Below, in pieces: positions 1-9,619 of a stretch of DNA of 64,000 bases. Each line of letters opens with the position of its first letter. Positions within the stretch are counted from its first letter, which is position 1. This DNA comes from Candidatus Omnitrophota bacterium (lineage in GTDB: Bacteria > Omnitrophota > Gorgyraeia > Duberdicusellales > 4484-171). The stretch covers positions 21,490-85,489 of the forward strand of contig JAAEQW010000090.1 in NCBI GenBank assembly GCA_024231025.1, written 5' to 3'. The notes beneath the pieces are model-generated. The model searched no databases. It was not told the DNA's origin and was given only the letters and a program-made list of their open reading frames with translations. The translations under genes were made by a program, and so were the position numbers.

Positions 1-69
1 GCGCTTTTAGTTTTTCGTTAAGTTAATACTTACCACTTACAACTTAAAACTAAGCACTGTATCCTACAT

Positions 70-666
70 CTATTCATGATGCCTTTCGTACTCTAAATCA
101 TCTTTGAGGGTAGTATTCTCTTCCTTCGTTTTTTCTAATTCTTCTTCCAAGCTATCTGTCAGCTGCTTTGCTTTTATAGCACTTTTTTCCAGCTCGGCCT
201 GTTTTGTTTTGATCGTATCAAGTTCTTCTTGCAAACGAGCGCACTGTTTGGCAATATTTTCTTTCTCCTTAATAAAGGAGTCAATATCATCCTCCAATGC
301 CGTTATTTTGTTAATTAGTTCTTCATTCTCTTCTTTTATGCCATCAATACCAGCATTATCCTGCCTTAACGTATTTAGTTGTGCTTCATAAATTTTCTTC
401 TGCTGATAAATCTTTTCAACTAATTCAGCTTCTTTTGCCTGTGCATTTTGAAGCTTCTTTTCAACAGCACTATAGTCGGCGCGAGTAGCAACAGATTCAC
501 CCCCTAAAGAAGAGACCTTCTCTTCTAAACCACTCATCCGTTCGCCTAGAGAATCGCTTTCGGTTATTTTTCTCTTAGATTTTCCGGATTCAATTACTGG
601 TGCGATAAATTCAAAAGCAACAAGCGCTATCGCCGCAAAAACAAGTATTCCAACAACTATAATCAT
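70..666 (-). CDS. Membrane-anchored coiled-coil protein (N-terminal TM helix, long heptad-rich Glu/Lys region)
   Basis: ORF translation: hydrophobic N-terminus MIIVVGILVFAAIALVAF followed by about 170 aa of E/K/L-rich coiled-coil-like sequence. No recognisable catalytic motif. Confidence 0.45.
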   Translation of the reverse strand: MIIVVGILVFAAIALVAFEFIAPVIESGKSKRKITESDSLGERMSGLEEKVSSLGGESVATRADYSAVEKKLQNAQAKEAELVEKIYQQKKIYEAQLNTLRQDNAGIDGIKEENEELINKITALEDDIDSFIKEKENIAKQCARLQEELDTIKTKQAELEKSAIKAKQLTDSLEEELEKTKEENTTLKDDLEYERHHE

Positions 667-739
667 TTACTCCTCCACAACAATAAACCTACCATCTCTG
701 TACTCAATATAAACCACGCCTTTTACAGCTACGCATTGT

Positions 740-905
740 CAAAAATTCCAAATTCCAATACACAAATTACAAACAAATTACCCGCCTGCCGGCGGGCAGG
801 CAATTCCAAATGATCAAAATATCAAACAAAATAAGACACTATTGTTTTGTTCATTGGATTTTTGGTAATTGGATATTGTTTGTGGTTTGTGATTTGTTAT
901 TTGGT
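740..905. repeat. Intergenic palindromic repeat element, copy A. It has AT-rich ACAAA(T)TAC arms around a GC-rich hairpin core CCCGCCTGCCGGCGGGCAGG, and its left and right arms are imperfect reverse complements.
   Basis: Direct reading: left arm caaaaattccaaattccaatacacaaattacaaacaaattac; right arm ttggtaattggatattgtttgtggtttgtgatttgttatttgg. The GC hairpin sits at 781-800. A related copy lies at 24655-24835. Confidence 0.55.
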
Positions 906-1052
906 ATTTCATTTTTCTATAAAGATTTCGGCATTATCTACTGCTAAAATTCTACCACTCCTTTGAAGTTTCCTCAACAAAAATTAAAACGCGATAAAGA
1001 TTGTAAAGATTATGAAAAAAAGATATAATAAAACTACCATTAAGGAGGGTAT

Positions 1053-1385
1053 ATGAAATTTAAAAAAATATTCGTTAAAAACGTGTGGTTCGAAATAATA
1101 GTTCTTTCTGTTGTTAATACAGTTTTACTGGGAATACTCATTTGGGGCTATAGCCTTTCATCAAGATTGCCGGCAATGCTGGTATTTTTGCTGTTTCTAT
1201 TCTCGGTAATTATTCACTCGTATAAGCACAAGTTTGAAAGCCTCCAGTTTGACCTTTCTAAAAAAGGTAAACTCATGATATTCATGCGTGCCTGCTTGCC
1301 ATACATACTGCAGACATTGCTCTACACGCAATGCGCTTTATTAGTGGCCTGGATATTGTTTAACATGAGTGCCGGCGGTAAGTAA
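1053..1385 (+). CDS. Small integral membrane protein (3 predicted TM helices), hypothetical
   Basis: The ORF has a strong AAGGAGG RBS 7 nt upstream of the ATG. The translation is dominated by hydrophobic helices. Confidence 0.4.
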   Translation: MKFKKIFVKNVWFEIIVLSVVNTVLLGILIWGYSLSSRLPAMLVFLLFLFSVIIHSYKHKFESLQFDLSKKGKLMIFMRACLPYILQTLLYTQCALLVAWILFNMSAGGK

Positions 1386-1386
1386 C

Positions 1387-1944
1387 CTATTTGCTGCCAT
1401 CAAACCAAAAATGATTTTTACGCGCTATAGATAAATCTACAATCTCATGTAGATCGGGAGCGAGCCGGAGGGCGTCGTAAATACTACGATCAAAAGTGCA
1501 AAGCTCAACATGTTTACCATAACGACCCTTAACCTCTTGAATAACTTCTACAAAATCTGAATCACCGGTAACTATAACGGCTACATCATATTGATTGGAA
1601 ACAGCCTTGGAAAACATGTCCAAAGCAATTTTCACATCAAGACCTTTTTGCATCCATGTCTTGCCGATATGCACTAGGCGACCAAGTTTAACTTCAAAAT
1701 AAGGAATACCCAACTTAAGTTGCCTGAAATATTCGTGCTGTTCCTGGTATGTTTGAGGATTTTCTGTTTTGCTAAATTCAGCAGAATAATAGTAACAACG
1801 AATCAACTTTCGTTTGCCGGTAATCCACCTTATTATGTTTTTCCAATCAATGTCTTTGCGCTTTATAGGCTTTTTTAAGCCCTTTAGATCCTTCATTTTC
1901 TGAACTACATATTCAGCATCAATAAAAATCATTACTCGTGTCAT
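1387..1944 (-). CDS. NYN-domain (LabA/YacP-like, PIN-related) putative nuclease
   Basis: Translation MIFIDAEYV...[24 protein letters not shown] matches the conserved acidic core of the NYN/LabA family. Confidence 0.65.
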   Translation of the reverse strand: MTRVMIFIDAEYVVQKMKDLKGLKKPIKRKDIDWKNIIRWITGKRKLIRCYYYSAEFSKTENPQTYQEQHEYFRQLKLGIPYFEVKLGRLVHIGKTWMQKGLDVKIALDMFSKAVSNQYDVAVIVTGDSDFVEVIQEVKGRYGKHVELCTFDRSIYDALRLAPDLHEIVDLSIARKNHFWFDGSK

Positions 1945-2267
1945 TATTCCTCCTTTTGTTAAATAGCCAAATTACAAGGTGTAAATTCCAATATTTAATT
2001 ACCAAACCGCTTGCTTATCGGATATTTTTGGGCAAGTAGTGTTGATAAATAAAGACAAGAAGTAAAAATAGTTTTCCAGGCAGGCCCTGAGACCTTAAAA
2101 GCATGGTATCCGAAACGAAGTGAAGGATTTTTAAGGTCGAAGCGCCAACGAAAGTCATCGCTGGATGACTTAAGTGGTGCCAAGAAAATTGGTTTCTACT
2201 TCTTATTTAGTCTAGCATACATTTCTCCTTGCAGCAACTCACAATCCTGTGATATAATTCGTTTATC

Positions 2268-2714
2268 ATGTTAACAGACAAAATTTATCAAGACTACGTA
2301 ACTGCCTTAAAAGCAAAGAACAAACAAAAATCTGAATTCTTGAGTTTTGTTCGCGCCGCTTTTAAAAATAAATCTATCGAACTTAAAAAAGATTCTCTCA
2401 GTGATGATGAAATTTTGGCGGTTCTGAAAACTCAGAAAAAAAGACTTCAAGACACCAAAGACAGTGTTGCTTCATCCAAAAGGCAAGATTTAATCGAACA
2501 AGCAGAAAGAGAAATCACGATTCTCAATGAGTATCTTCCAAAAGCCATGGACGAGAGTGAACTCATAGAAATAATTGATAAAGTAATCCAAGAAACAGGT
2601 GCCTCATCCCCTAAAGATATGGGCGCTGTAATGAAAGAAGTTATCGCAAGATCAGCCGGTCGAGCCGACTCAAAAAAAATAAGCGAAATAGTAAAAACTA
2701 AACTTATCTCTTAA
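2268..2714 (+). CDS. yqeY: GatB/YqeY domain protein
   Basis: A 148-aa protein with the characteristic YqeY N-terminus (KIxxDxxxALKAKNK) and C-terminal GatB-like helical segment. Confidence 0.7.
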   Translation: MLTDKIYQDYVTALKAKNKQKSEFLSFVRAAFKNKSIELKKDSLSDDEILAVLKTQKKRLQDTKDSVASSKRQDLIEQAEREITILNEYLPKAMDESELIEIIDKVIQETGASSPKDMGAVMKEVIARSAGRADSKKISEIVKTKLIS

Positions 2715-2998
2715 TTCTGTTCGCCAGTCGAATCCTTCAACATACTCTGAATAAATTCACTTACCGGATGTGTTTTATTGTTGATGGCACTGTTAACTAA
2801 GGTGTCCAGCTTGCCCGGAGATTCTATGATGCGTCTTATTTTGTCGAGATTAAAATCAACTTCATTATTAAAATAATCTGCTAGATCGACCATAAATTGA
2901 TCGACGCTATAATTATTACAATAATCGCCAAGCTCAAAAAACTTTTCTTCTCTTTGCTTGCGACGAAATTGGATATCTTCGTTATCGTTATTTTTCAT
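2711..2998 (-). CDS. Hypothetical acidic protein (95 aa)
   Basis: ORF only. It overlaps its neighbours by 4 nt and 1 nt, which suggests translational coupling. No recognisable motifs. Confidence 0.3.
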   Translation of the reverse strand: MKNNDNEDIQFRRKQREEKFFELGDYCNNYSVDQFMVDLADYFNNEVDFNLDKIRRIIESPGKLDTLVNSAINNKTHPVSEFIQSMLKDSTGEQN

Positions 2999-5094
2999 TA
3001 TTTATTTTCGGCTCGTTTCTTATCTTCAATTACTTTCTCAGCTATTTCAAAAGGCACCTCTACGTATTTTTCAAAATGCATCGAATAACTTGCTCTGCCA
3101 CTAGTCAAAGAACGCAATGTTGTCGCATAGCCAAACATCTCAGAAAGAGGTGCCTCACAAGAAACAACCTGCGTGGACCCTTTTGTTTCTATTCCAAGTA
3201 CCTTGCCTCGCTTAGAGCATATGTGACCAACAACTGAACCTACATATTCTTCGGGTGTTGTAATCTCAAGTGACATGTGCGGTTCAAGCAAAACCGGTTC
3301 ACTCTTCATAAACGCCTTCTTAAAACACTCTCTAGCCGCAAGTTTAAACGCAAGTTCTGAAGAGTCAACTTCATGATATGACCCATCAACCAACTCAACT
3401 TTAACATCTACCACTGAAAAACCAGCGTATACGCCCTTTTTCATAACCTCAATTAAACCTTTCTCGATTGCTGGAATATATTCCTTAGGTATCGCCCCTC
3501 CCTTGATGCTATTAGTAAATTCAAACCCCTCTCCGGGTTTGGAAGGAGAAACGTTCATAACAACATGGCCATACTGCCCTCTTCCACCAGTTTGCTTAGA
3601 ATGCTTATACTCTTGCTCGATTGAATTAAGGATTGTTTCTTTAAAGGCAACTTTTGGCTGCCCAACATCAGCGACAACGCTAAATTCATGCTTTAATCTA
3701 TCAACAATAACCTCCAGATGCAGTTCTCCCATACCGGAAATTACTGTTTCCTCAGTTTCTTTATCGCTGTGTACACTAAAAGTAGGATCTTCCTCTGAAA
3801 GTTTCATTAAGGCCTTGCCAAGCTTATCCTGATCGGTACGACTCCCCGACTTAATGCTAATTGCAATTACCGGAGCAGGGAATTCAATTGCTTCCAAAAG
3901 AATCTGATTTTCTAAACAAGATAGTGTATCGCCTGTAACAGTATGATCCAACCCAATCGCCGCAGCAATATCACCAGCATAAATATTTGAACGACTTTCT
4001 CTTTGATTAGCATGCATCTGTAGAATCCTGCCGATCCGTTCTTTTCTGCCCTTGGTGACGTTAATAACATATGAACCTGCGTCCAACGACCCTGAGTACA
4101 CTCTAAAATAAACTAGCTTTCCCATATGCGGATCAGCTTGAACTTTAAAAGCAAGGGCTGAAAAAGGTTCACTATCGCAAGCATTACGTTTTAATTTTTT
4201 TTCCGGATCGTCAGGATCCGACCCCTCTACTCCAGGCAAATCTGCCGGTGATGGAAGATACGAAGTTACAGCATCAAGCAAGCGCTGAACCCCTTTATTC
4301 TTGAAAGCCGAACCGCAAAGAACAGGAACTATTTTGTTAGCAATCGTCCCTTTACGAATCGCAGCAATCAACTCATCCTTTTCTATTTTGTCTTCAGATT
4401 CTAAGTATTTCTCCATCAAAGTATCTTCAAGTTCAACTGCCTTCTCAACCATAATATGATGATAATCTTTGGCTACTTCTTTATAGTCATCTGGAATTTC
4501 TTCAACATGAAAATTCTTACCCATAGAATCATCGTCATAAATATAAGCCTTCATTTCTATAAGATCAATAATGCCATGAAAATTATCTTCGGCGCCAATA
4601 GGAATTTGCAAAGGAATAACATTCGCGCCTAAATCTGCTTCAATCGCCTTAACGACTGAAAAGAAATCCGCACCAACGCGATCCATCTTATTTATAAACG
4701 CAAGCTTAGGAACTTTATACTTATCTGACTGACGCCAAACAGTTTCAGATTGAGGCTCAACCCCTCCAACCGCACAAAAAATAGCTACTGCTCCATCTAA
4801 AATACGCAAACTCCGCTCAACCTCTACTGTAAAATCAACGTGCCCGGGGGTGTCGATAATATTAATGCGCCGGTCTTTCCAGTAGCAAGTTGTTGCCGCT
4901 GAGGTTATCGTAATCCCTCTTTCCTGCTCTTGCTTCATCCAATCCATTTGAGCTTTGCCATCGTGGACTTCACCTATCTTATGCGAGCGACCAGTATAAA
5001 ACAATATACGTTCAGTTACGGTGGTCTTGCCCGCGTCAATATGGGCCATAATGCCTATGTTTCTTACTTTTTCTAAATCAATCATTCGAGCCAT
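2998..5094 (-). CDS. fusA: Translation elongation factor G (EF-G)
   Basis: N-terminal G domain [17 protein letters not shown] and NKMD motifs; 698 aa; full EF-G domain architecture recognisable. It is not flanked by rpsL, rpsG or tuf. Confidence 0.9.
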   Translation of the reverse strand: MARMIDLEKVRNIGIMAHIDAGKTTVTERILFYTGRSHKIGEVHDGKAQMDWMKQEQERGITITSAATTCYWKDRRINIIDTPGHVDFTVEVERSLRILDGAVAIFCAVGGVEPQSETVWRQSDKYKVPKLAFINKMDRVGADFFSVVKAIEADLGANVIPLQIPIGAEDNFHGIIDLIEMKAYIYDDDSMGKNFHVEEIPDDYKEVAKDYHHIMVEKAVELEDTLMEKYLESEDKIEKDELIAAIRKGTIANKIVPVLCGSAFKNKGVQRLLDAVTSYLPSPADLPGVEGSDPDDPEKKLKRNACDSEPFSALAFKVQADPHMGKLVYFRVYSGSLDAGSYVINVTKGRKERIGRILQMHANQRESRSNIYAGDIAAAIGLDHTVTGDTLSCLENQILLEAIEFPAPVIAISIKSGSRTDQDKLGKALMKLSEEDPTFSVHSDKETEETVISGMGELHLEVIVDRLKHEFSVVADVGQPKVAFKETILNSIEQEYKHSKQTGGRGQYGHVVMNVSPSKPGEGFEFTNSIKGGAIPKEYIPAIEKGLIEVMKKGVYAGFSVVDVKVELVDGSYHEVDSSELAFKLAARECFKKAFMKSEPVLLEPHMSLEITTPEEYVGSVVGHICSKRGKVLGIETKGSTQVVSCEAPLSEMFGYATTLRSLTSGRASYSMHFEKYVEVPFEIAEKVIEDKKRAENK

Positions 5095-5291
5095 AATATT
5101 ACTCTCCTTATCTTTTAAATTCCGTCATCAAATAATAAAATTCTAATATCTAAATGCGAAACCCTAAACAAATTCTAAGTTTGAATTTTGGTTATTGCTA
5201 AGAGGCGAGCCTGAAAAAATTATTTGTTAAAACCAGCGGATTTACAACACATTCCAAATTGCCTGCATAAAACTAGAGTTCGCCAATGAGC

Positions 5292-5456
5292 TTATCTGCC
5301 CTTTCTTTTGGCTTTTTCTCTCCTTTTTTGAGACGGCTTAACGTAATGTTGTCTTTCTCTATATTCTTTTAGAATACCTTCTCTTTTACACTGAACCTTA
5401 AACTTTCTCAATGCTCTTTCGAAATCTTCTCTTCTCTCGATCGTTACTTCTGCCAT
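5292..5456 (-). CDS. rpsU: 30S ribosomal protein bS21 (54 aa), copy 1. It is below the size cutoff of the supplied ORF track and was found by manual translation.
   Basis: Minus-strand translation MAEVTIERREDFERALRKFKVQCKREGILKEYRERQHYVKPSQKRREKAKRKGR is canonical bS21. Confidence 0.8.
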   Translation of the reverse strand: MAEVTIERREDFERALRKFKVQCKREGILKEYRERQHYVKPSQKRREKAKRKGR

Positions 5457-5569
5457 GTTTTTACCCCCATTAAATTAGGGAAAATTATACCGTACTTTCA
5501 GAATAATGCAATAAAAAAATCCCTTGAAAATTTCTTTGAAAAAAGGAGCGATTTTGGTATACTCTTACT

Positions 5570-6940
5570 ATGTTTACAGACATTGTTGCCAAACAACAGA
5601 ATTTTTTTTACGAAGGGTCAACAAAAAGCCTTTCATTTCGTGTTAAACAACTCCAAAAGCTAAAAAGTATAGTAAAAAGTAGCGAAAAGGATATTCTCAA
5701 GGCCCTAAAACAAGACTTAAATCGCCCTCCCCTCGAGAGCTATGCCTCAGAAGTCGGCTTCATTTTAAGCGAAATAAGCTACACCTTAAAGAATATTCAC
5801 AACTGGATGAGCCCTAAAAAAGTAAAACTACCAATTACTTACTTTGGAACAAAAGCCTTCATTGTGCCTGAACCGCTGGGATTAGCCTTGATTTTTGGCA
5901 CCTGGAACTACCCCTTTCTTTTATCGCTACTTCCTTTAGCAGGTGCAATATCGTCTGGTAATTGCGCCATTGTTAAGCCATCGGAATATGCCGCTACCTC
6001 ATCCAATATTATAAAAAAAATAATTAACGACAACTTTGATCCTGCTTTCATAACAGTTGCTGAAGGCGGAGTCACCGAAAGCGAAGCCCTACTTGCCCAA
6101 AAATTTGACTTTATATTTTTCACCGGTAATCCAAATATTGGGAAAATCGTAATGAGTGAGGCAGCAAAAACGCTTACCCCGGTAGCTCTTGAATTAGGCG
6201 GCAAAAGCCCTTGCATTGTGCACAAAGACGCAAATATAAAATTAGCTGCAGAAAAAATTGCTTGGGCAAAATTTATCAACGCCGGACAAACATGTGTCGC
6301 ACCTGACTATCTTTTAGTTCACAACCAAATAAAAGAAGAATTAATAAGACATATTAAAGAATACATAACAAAATTTTACGGAAAAAATCCTGCCGAAAGC
6401 CCTGACTACTGTCGGATAATTAACGAGAAACACTTTGACCGCCTCAGCGCATTTCTGCGTTCTGGAAACATTATAATCGGCGGACAAACCAATCGTGATA
6501 ATTTATATATCGCACCAACCGTAATTGATAACGTCTTCTCTCTTGAATCAGCAATAATGGAAGAGGAAATATTTGGTCCAATCATTCCAATTATTCCTTA
6601 CGAAGATATTCGTAGAGCCGTTTCGATAATCAGATCTAAACCAAAACCATTGGCTGCTTATATTTTTTGCGATGACTCAAACACAGAAAACTATATCCTT
6701 AATCGGGTCTCCTGCGGAAGTGTTTGCATAAATGATATTATGCTGCAAACTTCCACCTACGCCCTTCCATTTGGCGGGGTGGGAGAAAGCGGCATGGGTC
6801 GCTACCATGGTAAGGCTAGCTTTGACACCTTTTCTAATTTCAAAAGTATTCTTCAAGCACCAAAATCTTTTGACATTAAACTCAGATACCCGCCTTATAA
6901 AACGTCTAGTTTGAAAATTATGAAACTTTTCCTACGGTAA
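5570..6940 (+). CDS. NAD(P)-dependent aldehyde dehydrogenase (class 3-like)
   Basis: ELGGKSP catalytic-Glu motif, the GQTC segment and a Rossmann GxxxG region; 456 aa, typical of the ALDH superfamily. Confidence 0.85.
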   Translation: MFTDIVAKQQNFFYEGSTKSLSFRVKQLQKLKSIVKSSEKDILKALKQDLNRPPLESYASEVGFILSEISYTLKNIHNWMSPKKVKLPITYFGTKAFIVPEPLGLALIFGTWNYPFLLSLLPLAGAISSGNCAIVKPSEYAATSSNIIKKIINDNFDPAFITVAEGGVTESEALLAQKFDFIFFTGNPNIGKIVMSEAAKTLTPVALELGGKSPCIVHKDANIKLAAEKIAWAKFINAGQTCVAPDYLLVHNQIKEELIRHIKEYITKFYGKNPAESPDYCRIINEKHFDRLSAFLRSGNIIIGGQTNRDNLYIAPTVIDNVFSLESAIMEEEIFGPIIPIIPYEDIRRAVSIIRSKPKPLAAYIFCDDSNTENYILNRVSCGSVCINDIMLQTSTYALPFGGVGESGMGRYHGKASFDTFSNFKSILQAPKSFDIKLRYPPYKTSSLKIMKLFLR

Positions 6941-6960
6941 GAATTTTAAAGTCGTGCAGA

Positions 6961-7230
6961 TTATTTCTCTTTTATTATCGTAACTCTATCATTAAGAAAA
7001 TAAACATACGTATGCTTGTCGCCAAAATAATAATGCCAAATAGCATTTTGCCCCTTAAAAGAAACATTGTGCGGATTACCCAACATATTCATAACATCTG
7101 TTGTAGAAGAAGATTTTTCGATTTCGCCAAATGGTGTGTTATAGGCAATCGGCTTTTGCTGAGCATAGCAAGCAGACAAAAAAACTAAAAAGCACATCAA
7201 AACTAATTTATTAAAAATACTTTTTCTCAT
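6961..7230 (-). CDS. Small lipoprotein (signal peptide with LSAC lipobox)
   Basis: N-terminus MRKSIFNKLVLMCFLVFLSAC, with the lipobox Cys at the predicted cleavage site. It ends 1 nt before the upstream receiver gene (stop-start overlap). Confidence 0.4.
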   Translation of the reverse strand: MRKSIFNKLVLMCFLVFLSACYAQQKPIAYNTPFGEIEKSSSTTDVMNMLGNPHNVSFKGQNAIWHYYFGDKHTYVYFLNDRVTIIKEK

Positions 7231-7631
7231 TAACTTATTTGGTCTTCGGTAGCACGCATTACTCTAGAATAGGAAACAGCTTTTTCAATTAGTGAAGATA
7301 TTTTATCCATATCAAAAGGTTTGGTTATATAGTTATAGGCACCCAAGGCTAAAGCTTTATCAATCGTATCATCAGAAGGAAAAGCCGTCATGATAATGAT
7401 TACCAATTTAGAATCAGTTTCTCTAATTTTACTCAAAACAGATAAACCGTCAACACTCGGCATTCTTATATCAAGCATTACCGCATCATATTGATTATTT
7501 TCGATAGACTCTAACCCTTCTTCTCCAGAAGCAACAAAGACAACTTCATATTCTTCTTTAGTCAACCAATTGATTAAAGCTGTACCAACTGGTGTCTCAT
7601 CATCAATAATTAAAATTTTTCCTTTTTCCAT
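7230..7631 (-). CDS. Single-domain response regulator (CheY-like receiver)
   Basis: ILIIDDE...D(54-equivalent)...MPSVDG...T/K motifs of a REC domain; no output domain. Confidence 0.8.
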   Translation of the reverse strand: MEKGKILIIDDETPVGTALINWLTKEEYEVVFVASGEEGLESIENNQYDAVMLDIRMPSVDGLSVLSKIRETDSKLVIIIMTAFPSDDTIDKALALGAYNYITKPFDMDKISSLIEKAVSYSRVMRATEDQIS

Positions 7632-7645
7632 TTCTACTCTTTAAG

Positions 7646-8005
7646 CTAACTAGCGTCTACTGCTGCTTTTTTTCTGGCAATGCCATCTATGTACCCAATA
7701 ATTTTATTGCGAAAAAAAGAATCCATTTCAATAAACTTTGCACCAACCAAAAATCTAGAATTTATCTCTTTATTATCACTGCACCAAACCACTTCACTTG
7801 AAGCTGATATTGGTTTTTTAAATCCCGGAAGGCTGATGTCTAAACTAAGAAGCACCCCCGGTTCTAACTTTTGAAAAGTAGGGAAGCTCACCCCTCCACC
7901 TGAAATATCATCACTAGTAGCAGAACCACCCAAAAGAGCACCTGCCAGTCTATGGCTTACACGCAAAGGTTCATTTGCCCTAATAAATTCGCGACGTTCC
8001 ATCAT
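7646..8005 (-). CDS. PilZ-domain protein (putative c-di-GMP receptor)
   Basis: RREFIR (RxxxR) and DDISGGGVSF (D/NxSxxG) are the paired PilZ c-di-GMP binding motifs. Confidence 0.6.
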   Translation of the reverse strand: MMERREFIRANEPLRVSHRLAGALLGGSATSDDISGGGVSFPTFQKLEPGVLLSLDISLPGFKKPISASSEVVWCSDNKEINSRFLVGAKFIEMDSFFRNKIIGYIDGIARKKAAVDAS

Positions 8006-8062
8006 AAAACTATATTACTACACCAAACAACGCAATTCAACTTTTATTTGGATTTGACTCAT

Positions 8063-8401
8063 CTAAAGTTGATTAAAAATCATATTGTAATACGCAAAAA
8101 CCGATTTCAAAGAATTGATAAGCATCACCATCAAAGTAATACTTAAAACACTAACCACACCACTTACAATTATTTTTGTTTTTTGCGTATAACGAGGATT
8201 ATACCAAAGTAATGGCAAAGCAAAAGGCGCAAGAGGGCCAAGAGAAAGCAGCGTAATAACAAGTATGTGAGTTTTAAAATACCATTTAATCGGTTCCTTA
8301 TTGACTGACTGTTTCACTCGCGCATCTAAAAACTCACCACAATAACGGCATTTAATAGCTTCATCCTGAATCTCTTCGGCACAATAACGACATTTCTTCA
8401 T
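8063..8401 (-). CDS. Zinc-ribbon (CxxC..CxxC) membrane protein
   Basis: [24 protein letters not shown] zinc ribbon followed by two hydrophobic helices. The start is trimmed to the MKKC methionine rather than the longest ORF. Confidence 0.45.
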   Translation of the reverse strand: MKKCRYCAEEIQDEAIKCRYCGEFLDARVKQSVNKEPIKWYFKTHILVITLLSLGPLAPFALPLLWYNPRYTQKTKIIVSGVVSVLSITLMVMLINSLKSVFAYYNMIFNQL

Positions 8402-8434
8402 AATTGTTTTATTATAGCACCAGAGCAAAGGGCA

Positions 8435-8600
8435 GACAATAGACCATCAATAGACCAAAGACCATAGACAAGAGACCAGAGACAATCGATCTAGTTGTAA
8501 GTTATAGGTTTTAAGTTCGGAAAATTCCGGACCAGAGACCATAGACCGTTGGTCTAGCTATAAGTAGGGGCACAGCGCGCTGTGCCCTTGCGGACAATTT
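8435..8600. repeat. Intergenic repeat cluster: a run of AGACCA(T/A) direct repeats at 8-11 nt spacing plus a perfect 20-bp GC palindrome GGGCACAGCGCGCTGTGCCC
   Basis: Direct reading of tagaccatcaatagaccaaagaccatagacaagagaccagagaca ... ccagagaccatagaccgttggtctag. The palindrome is at 8564-8583. Confidence 0.5.
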
Positions 8601-8725
8601 CATTAAATAATACCTCGTTACCAAACCCCCAAAGGTAACGTGGTTTTCGGGTGTGTTGCTGGGTTGTATTAATTCCAAACGCTTGGTTTTTGGTTATTGT
8701 AATCTAGAGAAATATATTTCGCAAA

Positions 8726-8881
8726 TTACTTATATGCGGATCCACGATTATCTGCGGATAACATAATTACCAGTTTTCTGCTTTCTTCAATTTCGTAAAA
8801 AAAACGATATCCACCAATACGATATCGCCAGGTAGAAGGGGTATAGTTAGTAAGTTTTGGGTTAGCGGAAAACTGACGAGA
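8726..8881 (-). pseudogene. RelE/ParE-family toxin remnant: C-terminal roughly 50 aa only, with no start codon
   Basis: Minus-strand frame reads ...TWRYRIGGYRFFYEIEESRKLVIMLSADNRGSAYK*, which matches the conserved C-terminal half of RelE/ParE toxins. Upstream in frame are TGA TAA TAA stops and no ATG. Confidence 0.35.
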
Positions 8882-8887
8882 TTATTA

Positions 8888-9247
8888 TCACTCTCTGCCT
8901 TGGGTGCGGTTCATATCCTCTAATACATTCTGAATATCCACTTTTGTTTCAGGAATATTTTTAGTTATAATTTCCCAAACAATATCTAAATCAACTCCAA
9001 AATACTCATGGATTGTAATATTGCGTAGTCCGACCATCTTTTTCCAGGGTATATTTTGATATTTCTCCTTAATATCTTCGGGTACATTCCTTGCGGCTTC
9101 ACCGATAATTTCGATTTTGCGAATAACTGCATCCTCTACCATTTCATTCTCGGAAAAATCTTCATAAGATAAGCCTTTTATATATTCTTCAATCCTATTC
9201 ATCGCTCCTAATATATCTTCGATGAACAGTTTATAATTTCTTTTCAT
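8888..9247 (-). CDS. hepT: HepT-like (DUF86) HEPN-family toxin of a nucleotidyltransferase TA pair
   Basis: A 119-aa protein with the DUF86/HepT fold signature (EIIGEA...R(x)4HxY-like region, NITIHEY). It overlaps the upstream MNT gene by 4 nt. Confidence 0.7.
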   Translation of the reverse strand: MKRNYKLFIEDILGAMNRIEEYIKGLSYEDFSENEMVEDAVIRKIEIIGEAARNVPEDIKEKYQNIPWKKMVGLRNITIHEYFGVDLDIVWEIITKNIPETKVDIQNVLEDMNRTQGRE

Positions 9248-9534
9248 ACGTACACTACTTCTTTTAGAATCGCGTCTCTCAATTGGGGCTTTAAGGCTTT
9301 CTTTGTTACCAGGTCCACTTTAATTCCCAAAGCATCCTCTAGAAAATTCTTTAAATCGATAAACTCCCAACCTATTTTACCAGAGAATTCTACCAAAAGA
9401 TCAACATCGCTTTCTTCAGACGCTTCTCCATGGACAAAAGAACCAAAAATACCAATATTTTTTACTTTAAATTCCTTTTGTAACCGTGGAGTGATTTTTC
9501 TCAAAATTTGTGTTATCTCTTCTCTTGTTTTCAT
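9244..9534 (-). CDS. mntA: Minimal nucleotidyltransferase (MntA-like antitoxin)
   Basis: GIFGSFVHGEASEESDVDLLVEF is the classic GS..(x)n..DxD nucleotidyltransferase motif. Confidence 0.8.
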   Translation of the reverse strand: MKTREEITQILRKITPRLQKEFKVKNIGIFGSFVHGEASEESDVDLLVEFSGKIGWEFIDLKNFLEDALGIKVDLVTKKALKPQLRDAILKEVVYV

Positions 9535-9619
9535 TTTAACAGCTCCTTTCCAAACCTCAGCCTCATGGCATATATATTATACTCCGCATATATTGACTTT
9601 CAATGATTTTCCACAACAA

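Noticed and set aside
5908-6279. 123-aa minus-strand ORF inside the aldehyde dehydrogenase gene, and the 109-aa plus-strand ORF at 3503-3832 inside fusA
   Set aside because: They lie antisense within strongly supported conserved genes. Their composition is typical of shadow ORFs.
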